Of a DNA stretch of 56,192 bases, positions 36,801 to 46,603 are shown piece after piece (the first letter of the stretch is position 1; the number at the start of each line of letters is the position of its first letter). The position numbers and the translations under genes are program-made. This stretch comes from a virus (Duplodnaviria > Caudoviricetes): the IMG/VR virus record IMGVR_UViG_3300008113_000177, positions 1-56,192 of that record. One strand, 5' to 3'. The notes under the pieces are model-generated. The model had not been told where the DNA came from. It did not search any database and saw only the letters and a list, made by a program, of their open reading frames with translations.

Positions 36801-39800
36801 ACCGAGGCTCCACGCCCTGAGCCAACTGCCACAACTGCACCTACTGCTGAGGCTACACCTACGGAACCAGAGGTTACTCCAGAACCACGAGAACGCACTA
36901 CTACAAGGCGTACTAGGGCAACTGAGCCAACGGCTGAAGTAACGCCGTCAGAGGCTCCTGTAGAGGCTCCTGAGCTTACTCCTCGTCGTAGGACACGCCG
37001 TCGTGCAGCACCAGTAGTAAACCCTATTGCTGATGAGCCAGTAGGTGAAGCTCGTATGCGTGAGGCAGAAGCACGTGCTGCTGAAGTAGAGATTCCTGTT
37101 ACACGTCCTGAGCCTACTGTAGCCCCTGTTGAGCCGGTCGTAGTGCCTGAGCCTACACCATCTATTATCACTGAAGCGGAGTTGTTAGGTGAATCAGACA
37201 TTCTCCCTGCGGAAGAAGGTAGCGCACTTGACGTCACTATGCCGGGTGATGTTGAGATGCTTGACAACGATTCTCTTGTACGCATTACCGCATCTATTGA
37301 AGGGCTTGGAGACATTAATGATGTGTTCCGTAAGGCACGTAATGTCACCGAACTCAAAGACATTCTCAAGCAAGTAATCAAAGATGCTAACGTCAAGATG
37401 CCGGAATCAGAGGTTGATAAGTATGCAGACTCTGTATCAAAGTATTACGACGAGTGGATTCGTGCATTCGTAAACAGAGACCTGTTGATTGCACAACAGT
37501 ATGCACAAGGTGTACGAGCGTTCTCTTCTACAGTTACTAGTGGAAGCCTGACTAAGTATAGTATTGATGAAGTACCTATCCTCGATACTGACACTAAGCA
37601 AGCTGCAAAGCAGAAGCGTGTAAGGAATAGGATTGCTCGTCTTTACCAGAAGTTTGAGATTCCTCGTGTCACCAACATTATTACTATGTTGAATGAGGAA
37701 GCATCAAAGAAGTCTCTGGTACGTAACGCTGATGGTACGTATTCACGTGATGAGCGTGTCATGTACTTTGGTGATGCATTATCGACTGACCAAAAGCGTG
37801 ATGTTGTACGTAAGGTGCAGTCAAGACTTATCCGAGAACGATATCAGACGAACACTCCTGTATTCGCTGTACTCTCCAAAGCACCTAATATCTCAGCTGC
37901 ATTTGACGAAGTCTTTGTAGGTGAAGGTGCATACGTCAATATTCGTAACAAGAATAATGATGTCGGTCAGCAGGTGGTGTTCATCACTATGAACCAGGCT
38001 GACTCAAATACCATTATAGAAGAGTTGTCACACGCCATTCTTGAGAATATGCCTGTTGATATGGCACGTGAGGTGGCAACCAAGCTTGGTAAAACTTTAC
38101 GTGAGCCTACGACTACAAACCAAAGCCTAGCCTCATACGAAATGCAAGAGATGTTTGCAGCACGTATGAAGGCATCATTCCTAAATGGTGAGAATGCTTT
38201 CGTTCAAAAAGAAGGTAGTACTGAAGCCAAGGCTCGTATGACAGAACTTTGGGACAACCTCCGTACGTTTATGCGTTCTGCATATTCAGAGATGTCCTCG
38301 GCTGTTGTAACACCTCTTGAGAATGGTAAGTACGAAGCTCAGTGGTCTGTTCCATACGATTGGCGTCGTATCTCTTTGTGGGATAACGCACCTGTTATTG
38401 TGGATGTAGATGGTATGCCTGTACGTGGAAAGATTCTTTCTACTAAAAAGTATCCTTTTGGACCCTTGATGGTTTCAGAGCGTAACCTAGATAAGCCGAT
38501 TGTGGCTGTTGAGTTATACGCTGAAGATGGAACAGTAACCCAGACTGAAGTCACCCCACGAGATGTGATTGCCTTGTCTGATGATATTGGGTTCAGTCCA
38601 GAGTTTGGCAAGATGTTGCTGAACTTTGTGTCTGGTTCATCGGGTCCACGTGGTGTTCAAGTTATTGGTCTTGATAACCCTTATAACGCTGTTACAAAGG
38701 CTCTTGAAGATAACTCCTATACTGGTATGACCAAGCGTGTTGCATCATTCGCTGATACCACCTTGAAGGAATACTCAGTCAAGTCTGTAAGTAATAAGCC
38801 TGAAGATATTGAACGTGCTACAGGTATGCTCGAAGGCATCATTCCTAACAAGCTCTTGGCTATTGTCAATCAGGCTAACGAGTATGGGTTGCTATCTGAT
38901 GTCTCCACTAATAGTGATGATTCGCTGAGTTTACAAAACTGGCTGAACGTAATTGGTACAATGAAAGCGGGAGAAGGTAGAACTCGTGAATCATTCACAA
39001 AGCAAGGTAATCGCAAACTCACAGCAGAAAAGTGGATGCGAAGGTCACTACCAGAACTGCAAGCCAATATTGCGGACGCAACACCATTTGCAGCTGCGCT
39101 GGAGGCACAAAGCCGTAATCAACGGTCGGCTTACAACGATGACGCAGGTAACACCGGCGGTAATATCCTGTACTCCAGTCGTAAAACTCGTTTTGCAGAC
39201 AAAGCGGACAGAGCGTTAGCCAACGGTCAAAGTTCCACAATCAATCCTGATGCACGTACACCTGTAGACTTTGCTGAGTCTGCTACAAGAAGTGGTGTGC
39301 CACGTGAGTCTGTTACCCCTATTGTTCAACAGAGATTAGACTCTGATGTCTTACGTTCTGAACTAGGTAATAGCAACATCAAGTTGATGGAGATAAACGA
39401 CGTATTAGTCATCGATGGAACAGTCGGTATCAACGATGCTGGTATTGACACCATTGGTAAGGCTATTGACTTTGCTGTCCGTAACAACATCCAAGAAGCA
39501 TTACTTGTTACAAAGGCAAGCTCTGGTGAAGAGATAGGTTACAACGAGAAGCGTGGTTATTCGGTAGAGCCATCAGTCACCTTTGAGTTTGATGGTCCAG
39601 TGACAGACAACGTGTACGCTGCTATGAAGCGTATGTATCCATACCTACGTAAGAGTATTGATGGACAGTCTGTAACGCTACATAACGTAGAGCAGAGAGG
39701 TAAGACATATGAGGAATCCCTCAACAACTTTGAAAAAGCCGTCGGCAACATTACCAGCGAACTCTCTAAGAGACGCATTCCAGTTCAAGCTATCCAAGAT

Positions 39801-42431
39801 ACTGAAAGAGTCTGGCATTTCGGAAACGAAGCGGCGGAAGGCTATGCCATCCCCTTCTATGAAGCGAGAAATGTACTTCACCTCATCAAGCCGGAAATCT
39901 ATGAAGCCGGACATCAGTCTATTGCCGACCAAAGGCTAAAGGATGTCATAGAGTCTTCTCTATCAACGGTTGCTGGGCGTGAAATAAAACTACCCGGTGA
40001 CTGGACTTACGCTCAGGATAATCAAGAACGTCGATTGGGTATTGCAAGCAACTACGACAAGTTACCTGCTAACTCGTATGACACTAACCCTGAGACTAAG
40101 ATGGCGTATGACGCTTTGATGTCTGAGATTGATAGACAGTTTACTTACTTGAAGATGGAAGTAGGTGACGTCTCATCTGAAACACCTGCGACAACAAGAG
40201 TAAAACGTGTGGATGATACTAAGGGTCATCCTTTGATGGCTGATAGTAAGCAGGTTGATGTTGATGGTAAGCCTCTTCGCTATATAGATGTTTTGAATGC
40301 TATCCATTCAAACCTTATTGATGCAGTTGAGGTTTCAAGTGGTGGAGAGTATGCAGACTATGGTGCGTTTGCAGCACACTCCGCTATTACAAAGGACGTC
40401 AACGCTATTCGTGCGTTGTATACAGAAACCTTTGGTCGGTCTAACTACAAGTCACTTGGTGGTGTAGATGTACATAAGGCTGCACTAGCCCCTATTGAGG
40501 ATATCAAGACAGGTATCGTTGCACTCGATAAGCGTATAGATAAGAACTACGAGACAACCAAGTCACCTTACGGAGACTTGAAACCTAATCAAGTCAACAA
40601 CCCTATGGGACGTGTACAGTATGCAACTGGCAGGGGTACTCCTCTCTACAGCCTTCGCCCTATACGTGATGCTGATATCAAAGATGTTGATGACTCTGAT
40701 TTGCCAACACCAGAGAATCCAATAACCTTTGCTGATGAGGATGGTGTTGAGACTACCTTTACTGACCCAAATGAATACAGCACATTCATCAAGGTTGTGC
40801 AGAAGATTGATGAAAGCTGGTTGATGAAGGGTTTTGATGTAATCAACGCATTAGGTCGCTTCCCAATGGCTGGAGACTGGTCTGCACCGCTCATCCAGAA
40901 CTGGATGCTTGCTAACCCTATTGAGTCACCTGACTTGTTTTTCAAGTCGTTACTGCTTGGACCTAAGTCTCTTGCACCTAATTTAGGTATTGATAACGGC
41001 GTTGGAACTATCAACAAACAGATGTTCAAGGGTCGTGAGCAGGTCCATATTATGGGCAATCAGATTCGCGCAAACAAGTATTACGAACTAGCAAAGCAGA
41101 GTAGGCTTACTCTTGCTACATCACAATACGACAGAATCCTAGATGAACTAAGAGTCAAAAGGGAAGAGCAGTTGGCTGAACTTCGCAAGACAAATCCAGA
41201 TGCAACTCTTCCTGAGATTGACTTGATGGATGTCAACGAGTTGGATGTTGACCCAGATATCCAAGGTGTTCTTTCTGGTGAGCGATACGTACCACTCAAA
41301 GCATCATCTGAACGTGCTATGACGATGATGAAGGACTACGTGAAGTTCAATAAGTTTGCACAGACGATGGCTACATATGAAGAACTAGGCTACGACCCAT
41401 CATCTGCTGGGTTCAAAGAAGCAGCGGCTGATATGGCAGCTGTTTTGAACGTCATGAATGGTGACATCAAGTTTAGCGCACAAGATTACGACAAAGCTAT
41501 CGGTCGCATGATGCGTCGTATTATGTTCGCACCACGCTGGCTTGCAAGTCGTGTAATGGCTGACCCAATAGGACGATGGGCTTTAGGACAAACTGATGTC
41601 GGTAAGAAGTGGATGGAGTTGAATGGCATTCCATCAACACGTAGTCTGAATCCGTATGCATTCAGGGCTAACTGGAAGATGCTATTGAAGGCACGTGCAT
41701 TGTGGTATGCACTACTTGCATACTTTGGTTTGTATCGTCCATTCGACCAGTTCAAGGTAAAGACATCTGTTGCTGCTGCCGGTACAAAGATACAGGTTGG
41801 CAACTATGTATTCAAAGCTCCTGGTGGAATCATGATGTTCCTTGAGTTTGGTGATGCAGTCGCTAACGCTATGAAGATGTCCCCAAAGGATTCACCTAAA
41901 GAGGCACGTGAGAAGTTCACTAGTATGCTGAGTTCGTTTGTTGAGGGACGGTTAGTAAACGCTCCTGCTGTCAGCATGATGAAGGAGATGTTCACTGGGC
42001 GTGACTTTATGGGTAAGCCTGTAGGTTACGTAGATGAAGACCTCAAGACTTGGTATGACAACGTAACCAAACCTATGTTGAAAGAGGTTGGTATTGATGC
42101 CCCTGACATGAAGCTCAGTAAGTTGGTTACCAAGAACCTTATGTTCCTTTGGGTGCAGTCGTACCTTGAAACGTATAAGGCGGCTAATGATAGAGAAGAA
42201 GAAGACAAGAACTTTGAGGCAGCCTTCGTTGGTGCAGTCAACGCACTAGGTGGAAGGCTTAGGTATAACCCACCGGCTGGTAAGGGTGAATATGACTACG
42301 ACACATACGGCAATCCTCCAGGATGGCAGTATTACTTACTTGGTTCAGACAAAGAAGAGTGGTTGATGAATCCTGAGTCTGAGTTACGACCAGACCAGAT
42401 GGAGCAAGTTGAGGAGGAGGTTCTTGAATGA
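33882..42431 (+). CDS. Giant internal virion/ejection protein (2849 aa), polyvalent-protein-like
   Basis: G/A-rich membrane-like N-region, Pro/Glu linker, degenerate zincin-like motifs, helical C-terminus. Confidence 0.65.
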   Translation: MAEDQRQRFRRLVQTLADDDRTFLDSSLLGTYKNSLSLGLQKNWLSQSEYNNYLGVGDKRLKTLRGVQLMDAQGNKLTKSIDVQVPTPQGFTTQTKTTPITPLDLLRRTGGQMEGADVDAPNYTGFTLELGEPAQTMYDQRQKMGDIAAKGKAAATKLEKERGLTAFDRPQTVPAMLAGIPFGVLSGVSKAVATPVLSTAGRIASAFSPEAGRSVDQFTADTLYSKPELSPSNPFQYGAELSEIGGATFTEGALPTVVGGITGTAAAIPVSLATTPIGGAIAGFGTGLAASTATQQAQNFLGELAMGSSYTPSTTGFGFDIQRSPLSQARAEYMQEGRERAPELAYAGQLATNFLMANPSLPTGFGGGLKSGLAATKLGTAGREALATAAVPTQGLAGKLASTPFMQGARTAGQQLERIPGVGTAATFGRGFASSVPGREFLSDVAERGVEASSDLAMALQENNQKPESERDPLWMILGKTALGGLFEGKSKIGSYLNAPGQRAGMAITRALDKRFDTYTPEAYQPIVAPSPFARTPSAGVTPGVTPTPTPSAGGISPTFAEARTATAAPRNPLGENVVPIGGGRVVNINPENMSATIGNAPVFESDRAGADNPMVGQSLLNAVSSLAPKKGFSIAGTYAKAASTFGKVQTRGDESQAFLGLTHDGLATVKTTDKKTGESRLDLVSTDMLFGENQKLAADAFRAGGITPSDKTGYQLKNYEYDLSRAADYIPSKDGDGPSDTDFNRRIDVVGTPLYGRVVKAIDKNYSVVQVPSPVGGFDMLVVPNDTVEGLSRDSVATKFEGEVLDTSSMNVDPSQFRVDRSKYDPIFKSSDRERFTGQDHPVLLTPEQVADAKTRKDNLNGYRNKMRSEGVPGGTAQTRLADASKNTRKEFTKSFSKSDTDYEVGSIVEYRTPSGEVDNGVVVGNTQFGPTVVSVSNPSAPAFTVQQSAITRAYGGVTQKATPEKARRTKRTEAPRPEPTATTAPTAEATPTEPEVTPEPRERTTTRRTRATEPTAEVTPSEAPVEAPELTPRRRTRRRAAPVVNPIADEPVGEARMREAEARAAEVEIPVTRPEPTVAPVEPVVVPEPTPSIITEAELLGESDILPAEEGSALDVTMPGDVEMLDNDSLVRITASIEGLGDINDVFRKARNVTELKDILKQVIKDANVKMPESEVDKYADSVSKYYDEWIRAFVNRDLLIAQQYAQGVRAFSSTVTSGSLTKYSIDEVPILDTDTKQAAKQKRVRNRIARLYQKFEIPRVTNIITMLNEEASKKSLVRNADGTYSRDERVMYFGDALSTDQKRDVVRKVQSRLIRERYQTNTPVFAVLSKAPNISAAFDEVFVGEGAYVNIRNKNNDVGQQVVFITMNQADSNTIIEELSHAILENMPVDMAREVATKLGKTLREPTTTNQSLASYEMQEMFAARMKASFLNGENAFVQKEGSTEAKARMTELWDNLRTFMRSAYSEMSSAVVTPLENGKYEAQWSVPYDWRRISLWDNAPVIVDVDGMPVRGKILSTKKYPFGPLMVSERNLDKPIVAVELYAEDGTVTQTEVTPRDVIALSDDIGFSPEFGKMLLNFVSGSSGPRGVQVIGLDNPYNAVTKALEDNSYTGMTKRVASFADTTLKEYSVKSVSNKPEDIERATGMLEGIIPNKLLAIVNQANEYGLLSDVSTNSDDSLSLQNWLNVIGTMKAGEGRTRESFTKQGNRKLTAEKWMRRSLPELQANIADATPFAAALEAQSRNQRSAYNDDAGNTGGNILYSSRKTRFADKADRALANGQSSTINPDARTPVDFAESATRSGVPRESVTPIVQQRLDSDVLRSELGNSNIKLMEINDVLVIDGTVGINDAGIDTIGKAIDFAVRNNIQEALLVTKASSGEEIGYNEKRGYSVEPSVTFEFDGPVTDNVYAAMKRMYPYLRKSIDGQSVTLHNVEQRGKTYEESLNNFEKAVGNITSELSKRRIPVQAIQDTERVWHFGNEAAEGYAIPFYEARNVLHLIKPEIYEAGHQSIADQRLKDVIESSLSTVAGREIKLPGDWTYAQDNQERRLGIASNYDKLPANSYDTNPETKMAYDALMSEIDRQFTYLKMEVGDVSSETPATTRVKRVDDTKGHPLMADSKQVDVDGKPLRYIDVLNAIHSNLIDAVEVSSGGEYADYGAFAAHSAITKDVNAIRALYTETFGRSNYKSLGGVDVHKAALAPIEDIKTGIVALDKRIDKNYETTKSPYGDLKPNQVNNPMGRVQYATGRGTPLYSLRPIRDADIKDVDDSDLPTPENPITFADEDGVETTFTDPNEYSTFIKVVQKIDESWLMKGFDVINALGRFPMAGDWSAPLIQNWMLANPIESPDLFFKSLLLGPKSLAPNLGIDNGVGTINKQMFKGREQVHIMGNQIRANKYYELAKQSRLTLATSQYDRILDELRVKREEQLAELRKTNPDATLPEIDLMDVNELDVDPDIQGVLSGERYVPLKASSERAMTMMKDYVKFNKFAQTMATYEELGYDPSSAGFKEAAADMAAVLNVMNGDIKFSAQDYDKAIGRMMRRIMFAPRWLASRVMADPIGRWALGQTDVGKKWMELNGIPSTRSLNPYAFRANWKMLLKARALWYALLAYFGLYRPFDQFKVKTSVAAAGTKIQVGNYVFKAPGGIMMFLEFGDAVANAMKMSPKDSPKEAREKFTSMLSSFVEGRLVNAPAVSMMKEMFTGRDFMGKPVGYVDEDLKTWYDNVTKPMLKEVGIDAPDMKLSKLVTKNLMFLWVQSYLETYKAANDREEEDKNFEAAFVGAVNALGGRLRYNPPAGKGEYDYDTYGNPPGWQYYLLGSDKEEWLMNPESELRPDQMEQVEEEVLE

Positions 42432-43204
42432 GTCCTGTACAAGAGTTCATATCGGTAGCAAGAGGCTGTGTTGGTATCAAAGAAGAGCCTATTGGCAGTA
42501 ATAGGGGTTTCCATATTGACGTATGGAATACGGCTTGTAATGTTCCGCTTGGTAGTTTTTGGTGTGCTTCGTTTCTCAGTTCTGTACACTCAAGGTGGAA
42601 GTTCAAGACTAACCTTGACTGGCAACTAGGTCGTTCAGCCAGCTGTGATGTATTGCTTGCTCGTGCAAAGAAGTTAGGTATCTTGCACAAGACACCATAC
42701 GTAGGTGATATTGGGTTTGTACTAGCGGCTGAGGATAGTGATGACGCTGTCCACGTATTCCTTGTATCTGGCTATAAGGACAACGCATTCACATCTATTG
42801 AGGGTAACAGTAACCTAGATGGTTCAAGGAACGGTACGTCCGTTGTAGAGCGTCCTAACCTATATGCAGGACGTAACCTCAAGCGTCTCGTGTTTGCTAG
42901 ATGGGCTGACTTGCTTGATGATGTTTCATCTGAGCGTAATGTTGTCATAGGTTCTGACTCCATTAAGTCTATATTGACTAACGGCAAAGCTTATGCTGCG
43001 CTACGTCCTATGCTTGAGGCTCTGTATGGTGAAGATGTCAAGACTAGGTTGACCTTTGACTTAGTCCCTTTATGGGACGACAAGGCTGTCCCTTGTTCAC
43101 CTATCATTCTTGGTGGTAAGTCTATGGTGTCTGTACGTGACTTTGCAAACTGGCAAGGACTGACAGTTGCTATTGATGAAACTTCTATCATCCTAAAGAG
43201 ATAA
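42428..43204 (+). CDS. Endolysin, CHAP-type, with C-terminal copper-amine-oxidase-N-like repeats
   Basis: GSNRG, WCASF, HVFLV, SIEGNSN; C-terminal GKAYAALR.MLEAL and GKSMVSVRDFA. Confidence 0.8.
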   Translation: MSPVQEFISVARGCVGIKEEPIGSNRGFHIDVWNTACNVPLGSFWCASFLSSVHSRWKFKTNLDWQLGRSASCDVLLARAKKLGILHKTPYVGDIGFVLAAEDSDDAVHVFLVSGYKDNAFTSIEGNSNLDGSRNGTSVVERPNLYAGRNLKRLVFARWADLLDDVSSERNVVIGSDSIKSILTNGKAYAALRPMLEALYGEDVKTRLTFDLVPLWDDKAVPCSPIILGGKSMVSVRDFANWQGLTVAIDETSIILKR

Positions 43205-43209
43205 ACAAA

Positions 43210-43238
43210 TAAGACACCAGCGTTATGTTGGTGTCTTA
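43210..43238. terminator. Hairpin between convergent late and early/replication arms
   Basis: TAAGACACCAGC-GTTAT-GTTGGTGTCTTA. Confidence 0.7.
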
Positions 43239-43245
43239 CTCTTGT

Positions 43246-43509
43246 TCATTTATTGTTTATTTGAACTGTTCGTATGAGATTCCTATTTTTATAGGTGGAC
43301 ATTGTAAGTGCTGCGCCATCCATAAGCGTTACATACTTTGGATTTACTATCTGCCCTACGTGTCCAACGATTCCATCTTCGCCTTTTGCGTAGATATCAG
43401 CAGCATATTCATTTGGGTGTTTATCAAAGAACTTGTATGCAGTCTTTGCCAGTTCGATTATGAGACTCTCGTCTTCATTAGGTCTTATTGCTTGTGCTTC
43501 AAATTTCAT
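43246..43509 (-). CDS. Hypothetical protein
   Basis: 87 aa, ATGA coupling. Confidence 0.65.
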   Translation of the reverse strand: MKFEAQAIRPNEDESLIIELAKTAYKFFDKHPNEYAADIYAKGEDGIVGHVGQIVNPKYVTLMDGAALTMSTYKNRNLIRTVQINNK

Positions 43510-43706
43510 TCAACTACCTCCCAGTCATTAGACAAGATGTCAAATGATGACAGGACTGTAACCCCATCAAAGACTCTGGTGTTAGCACCATTCAGTTTGT
43601 ACGTACATAACTTCTTGTCTACCATCTGAACAAACCATCTAGCCCCAACACGCCTAATCGCCTTACCGCTTTTTGCATCTTCCAGTATCTGCGTAAAGTT
43701 CTTCAT
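43506..43706 (-). CDS. DUF2829/Tad2-like protein
   Basis: MKNFTQILEDAKSGKAIRR.G...LSSFDILSNDWEVVE; start revised to 43706. Confidence 0.6.
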   Translation of the reverse strand: MKNFTQILEDAKSGKAIRRVGARWFVQMVDKKLCTYKLNGANTRVFDGVTVLSSFDILSNDWEVVE

Positions 43707-43960
43707 ACCTTCTCCTTGTACTTTGCTATAACTACAGTGATTGCATTTATTCCCCAAGGAAGAGTCATCTTAGGAGATGGCACTCCCTCTGCAATCAAGA
43801 CATCGCTAATACCACGTCTACTCATTCCATCTTTATGCATCGCCCAAATGCGTAACTGGACGTCTTCTGGTATCTGGTCGATAAGCTTCACCATCTTTAC
43901 AGGAGGTGATTTCCAGTTTCCAGATGCAGATAATTGACTGATATGTTTCACCCCAATCAT
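43703..43960 (-). CDS. Recombinase-domain-like HTH protein
   Basis: IWAMHKDGMSRRGISDVLIAEGVPSP...W. Confidence 0.55.
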   Translation of the reverse strand: MIGVKHISQLSASGNWKSPPVKMVKLIDQIPEDVQLRIWAMHKDGMSRRGISDVLIAEGVPSPKMTLPWGINAITVVIAKYKEKV

Positions 43961-44061
43961 TTACGTCCCTCCGCATACTGCCCTATCACGTATCCTATAC
44001 CCAAAAAGCAACACACTATCGCTAAAATGATGACACCTACGATGGTTATAAATATGGTCAT
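43957..44061 (-). CDS. Small membrane protein (34 aa)
   Basis: Read by hand: MTIFITIVGVIILAIVCCFLGIGYVIGQYAEGRK*; overlaps on both sides. Confidence 0.55.
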   Translation of the reverse strand: MTIFITIVGVIILAIVCCFLGIGYVIGQYAEGRK

Positions 44062-44291
44062 TAGTCGCTCCTATTTGCAAATCCCCTACTACCTAGAATA
44101 ACTTCTGCTTCCTTGATGTTGCGACAACCCATCGTCTTGTATGCACGATACAAAAGGTCATCAAGGGTTCGTATCTTCAACCCTAGTCTCTCAGCTGCTT
44201 CTGCCCTGGTCTTTGATTCTGCTACCGTCATAATCACGTGTCGTTGCCAGTTGGACACACGCTTGTATCCTGTTCGGATTGATACATCCAT
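44061..44291 (-). CDS. LuxR/sigma-region-4-like HTH protein
   Basis: TRAEAAERLGLKIRTLDDLLYRAYKTMG. Confidence 0.7.
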   Translation of the reverse strand: MDVSIRTGYKRVSNWQRHVIMTVAESKTRAEAAERLGLKIRTLDDLLYRAYKTMGCRNIKEAEVILGSRGFANRSD

Positions 44292-45667
44292 TAGAGACTT
44301 CCTTCTGGAATATCAGCGAAACGTGCCACACGTTTGTGGAACTCGATTCGTGATACTCCAATAGACCCATTGCGGTTTTTCGCTGTTATCACTTCTGTCT
44401 CGGAAGGCATATCTTCGTCCCAAGCATTCCTATCTTCAGCGTAATAGTCTGGTCTATACAGAAATTGTACCACGTCAGCATCTGACTCAATATCCCCGGA
44501 CTCTCGTAGGTCTGACATGATTGGTCGCTTGTCATTACGCTGTTCACTTGCACGTGAGAGTGACGATAGAGCTATGACCGGGATACTAAACTCTTTGGCT
44601 ATGGACTTCAACCCTCTGCTCAGTACGCCAATATCACGTGTCCTACCTTGCGTCTCCTTGCCTGTATCCAGCATCTGTAGATAGTCAACGACAAGCATAG
44701 AGAGTGTGCCTCTGCGCTGCATATCACGAGCCTTAGCCCTGATGCTCTGAATGGTCACAGGAGTCTCTGTTGAGAAGTAAAGGGGTAATGTGTCCACCTC
44801 ACGTTGTGTAGCCTCCATACGGTCACGCTCGCCCTTAGAGAAGTAGCTGTTGTGAAGTGCTTGACCGTCTACGTTTCCTATTATCTGTAAGAGCCTCTGA
44901 CTAATCATGTCCTGTGACATCTCTACGCTGATGAAGAGCGCACCTCCACCACCATCCGCCTTGCACTGCCTTGCTGCGTTGATTGCATACTGTAGCCCAA
45001 GGGATGACTTACCCATAGAAGGTCTGCCACCAAGGATGATTAGTTCACCTTCTTTGAATCCGTTGATTACCTTATCGATATCAGCAAAGCCTGTAGGTAT
45101 GCCCTTCTTGCGACCGTTGAGGATACCTAAGATGCTTTCACGTAGCACATCACCTGCGCTTGATACTACGTTGGTTGCATTCTTTATCTCAGTACCCTTA
45201 GCAAAGTCTAGGGTGATTACCTCAGGGTCAATCTCACCTTGCTGCGCCCTGAGCATAGCGTACTCAGAGTTGACTACAATATTCCTAAGCTCGTGGTATC
45301 TCTTGACCTTATTGGCATACGTTACAGCGGTTGATGTAGTGAACTCCATATCACCTAACTGCATCAGATATGCCAAGCCACCTATGAGGTCTATCTGGTT
45401 ATGGTTAGTTAGGTCATCATTGAGTAGGACGATGTCGCAACTACCTTGCGTCTGAGCAACCACTCGCTTCATAGATGAATAGACAGCTTGGTTACCAGGG
45501 CGATAGAACATCTGTTCGTTGACGATATGCTCTACATCATCAAGAACCTTCTTGCCCCCAAGAAGGATAGTCCCAAGAAGGGACATCTCCACCATAGGGT
45601 CGAACGGGTAATACCCATCCTTCTTGCGTGATGATAGTTCAGATACACGCTTCTCAACTTCTGTCAT
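44291..45667 (-). CDS. dnaB: Replicative DnaB-like helicase
   Basis: GGRPSMGKS, SVEMS, VVDYLQ, SDLRESGDIESDAD, KNRNG. Confidence 0.96.
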   Translation of the reverse strand: MTEVEKRVSELSSRKKDGYYPFDPMVEMSLLGTILLGGKKVLDDVEHIVNEQMFYRPGNQAVYSSMKRVVAQTQGSCDIVLLNDDLTNHNQIDLIGGLAYLMQLGDMEFTTSTAVTYANKVKRYHELRNIVVNSEYAMLRAQQGEIDPEVITLDFAKGTEIKNATNVVSSAGDVLRESILGILNGRKKGIPTGFADIDKVINGFKEGELIILGGRPSMGKSSLGLQYAINAARQCKADGGGGALFISVEMSQDMISQRLLQIIGNVDGQALHNSYFSKGERDRMEATQREVDTLPLYFSTETPVTIQSIRAKARDMQRRGTLSMLVVDYLQMLDTGKETQGRTRDIGVLSRGLKSIAKEFSIPVIALSSLSRASEQRNDKRPIMSDLRESGDIESDADVVQFLYRPDYYAEDRNAWDEDMPSETEVITAKNRNGSIGVSRIEFHKRVARFADIPEGSL

Positions 45668-46161
45668 TCTGAGATTGCCTTCACTTCAGGCTTGACATCA
45701 ATCTGTACAAGGTTCTGAACCGTATCGTTTGCGTCCTTCGTCCAGTCACGTAGTGCTGAGGTAAGCTTATCTCTATCCATCTTCCCTGCGACTTGCCATC
45801 CACCGATGTACTTGACAGCAACGATATCAAAGGGATGCAGGTCACCATCTGTCAGCCACTCAACCTCACGCTCTGAACGCATCTTAGGATGGACATCTGA
45901 GAGGAACCGGCAGATGCGATTGAACATCTGAATGACGGATGTTTCACCACACCGGATGCCACGTACCCTTCGAAGGATTGCAGCTGGACTAGGACGGAAG
46001 TCCTCAGTCTTCAACATATCGATGACTACGTCAATAGCCGTCTTATCGTCTACATCTTTGAGGGAAAGAGCGTAGCCTACCGCAACGCCATCATCCCATC
46101 GCTGTTGTGCTGGCATAGCACTAAGGATGCCAGCAACTGTACCAAACGCCTTATCAGTCAT
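45664..46161 (-). CDS. Probable helicase loader/inhibitor
   Basis: Between initiator and DnaB; L.DVDD...FRPSPAAIL motif; start revised to 46161. Confidence 0.55.
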   Translation of the reverse strand: MTDKAFGTVAGILSAMPAQQRWDDGVAVGYALSLKDVDDKTAIDVVIDMLKTEDFRPSPAAILRRVRGIRCGETSVIQMFNRICRFLSDVHPKMRSEREVEWLTDGDLHPFDIVAVKYIGGWQVAGKMDRDKLTSALRDWTKDANDTVQNLVQIDVKPEVKAISE

Positions 46162-46555
46162 AGTAGTTCTCCCATTCCTCTCCACTTGCATACGACTCAA
46201 ACTTTGCTTCCACATAACGGTCAATCTCTGGTTGAATCTCTTCATTAATCCAGTGACTAATCATGTCAAGTACTTCCTCCTCATCCATTGGAGGCGCACC
46301 TGTTTGTTGCCATTCTTCATCTGTCACTTCGATAGCCCACTTGACTTTCTCAACCCACTCATCACCATCCTTCAATAACTCAGGGTCGATTGGCTCTTTG
46401 CGGAATATCTTCCTTGCTTGTTCCAAGACCTTATCAGTTATGATGCAGTGGTACGTGACAGTGAGATTGGACTCATCATCCTCTCTCTCACCCTCGCCAA
46501 GCAGTTGGTCTGGAAGTGTCCAGCCAACGTGTGTGTACATATCGATGTCTATCAT
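46154..46555 (-). CDS. Acidic hypothetical protein
   Basis: AGGAGGTAGGT-ATG leader; strongly D/E-rich. Confidence 0.7.
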   Translation of the reverse strand: MIDIDMYTHVGWTLPDQLLGEGEREDDESNLTVTYHCIITDKVLEQARKIFRKEPIDPELLKDGDEWVEKVKWAIEVTDEEWQQTGAPPMDEEEVLDMISHWINEEIQPEIDRYVEAKFESYASGEEWENYYD

Positions 46556-46575
46556 ACCTACCTCCTATGCCAAGT

Positions 46576-46603
46576 ACTTTACCACAATACACCGTACTGT
46601 CAA
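46576..46603 (-). promoter_or_regulatory. Sigma70-type promoter
   Basis: TTGACA-N16-TAAAGT with TG extension. Confidence 0.5.

Noticed and set aside
33882-42431. Virion RNA polymerase (N4 or crAss type)
   Set aside because: No DxDGD/DFDID or recognisable single-subunit RNAP motifs found in the translation.
43703-43960. Integrase or lysogeny module
   Set aside because: Only an 85-aa HTH-like domain with no catalytic recombinase domain; no repressor or att site recognised.
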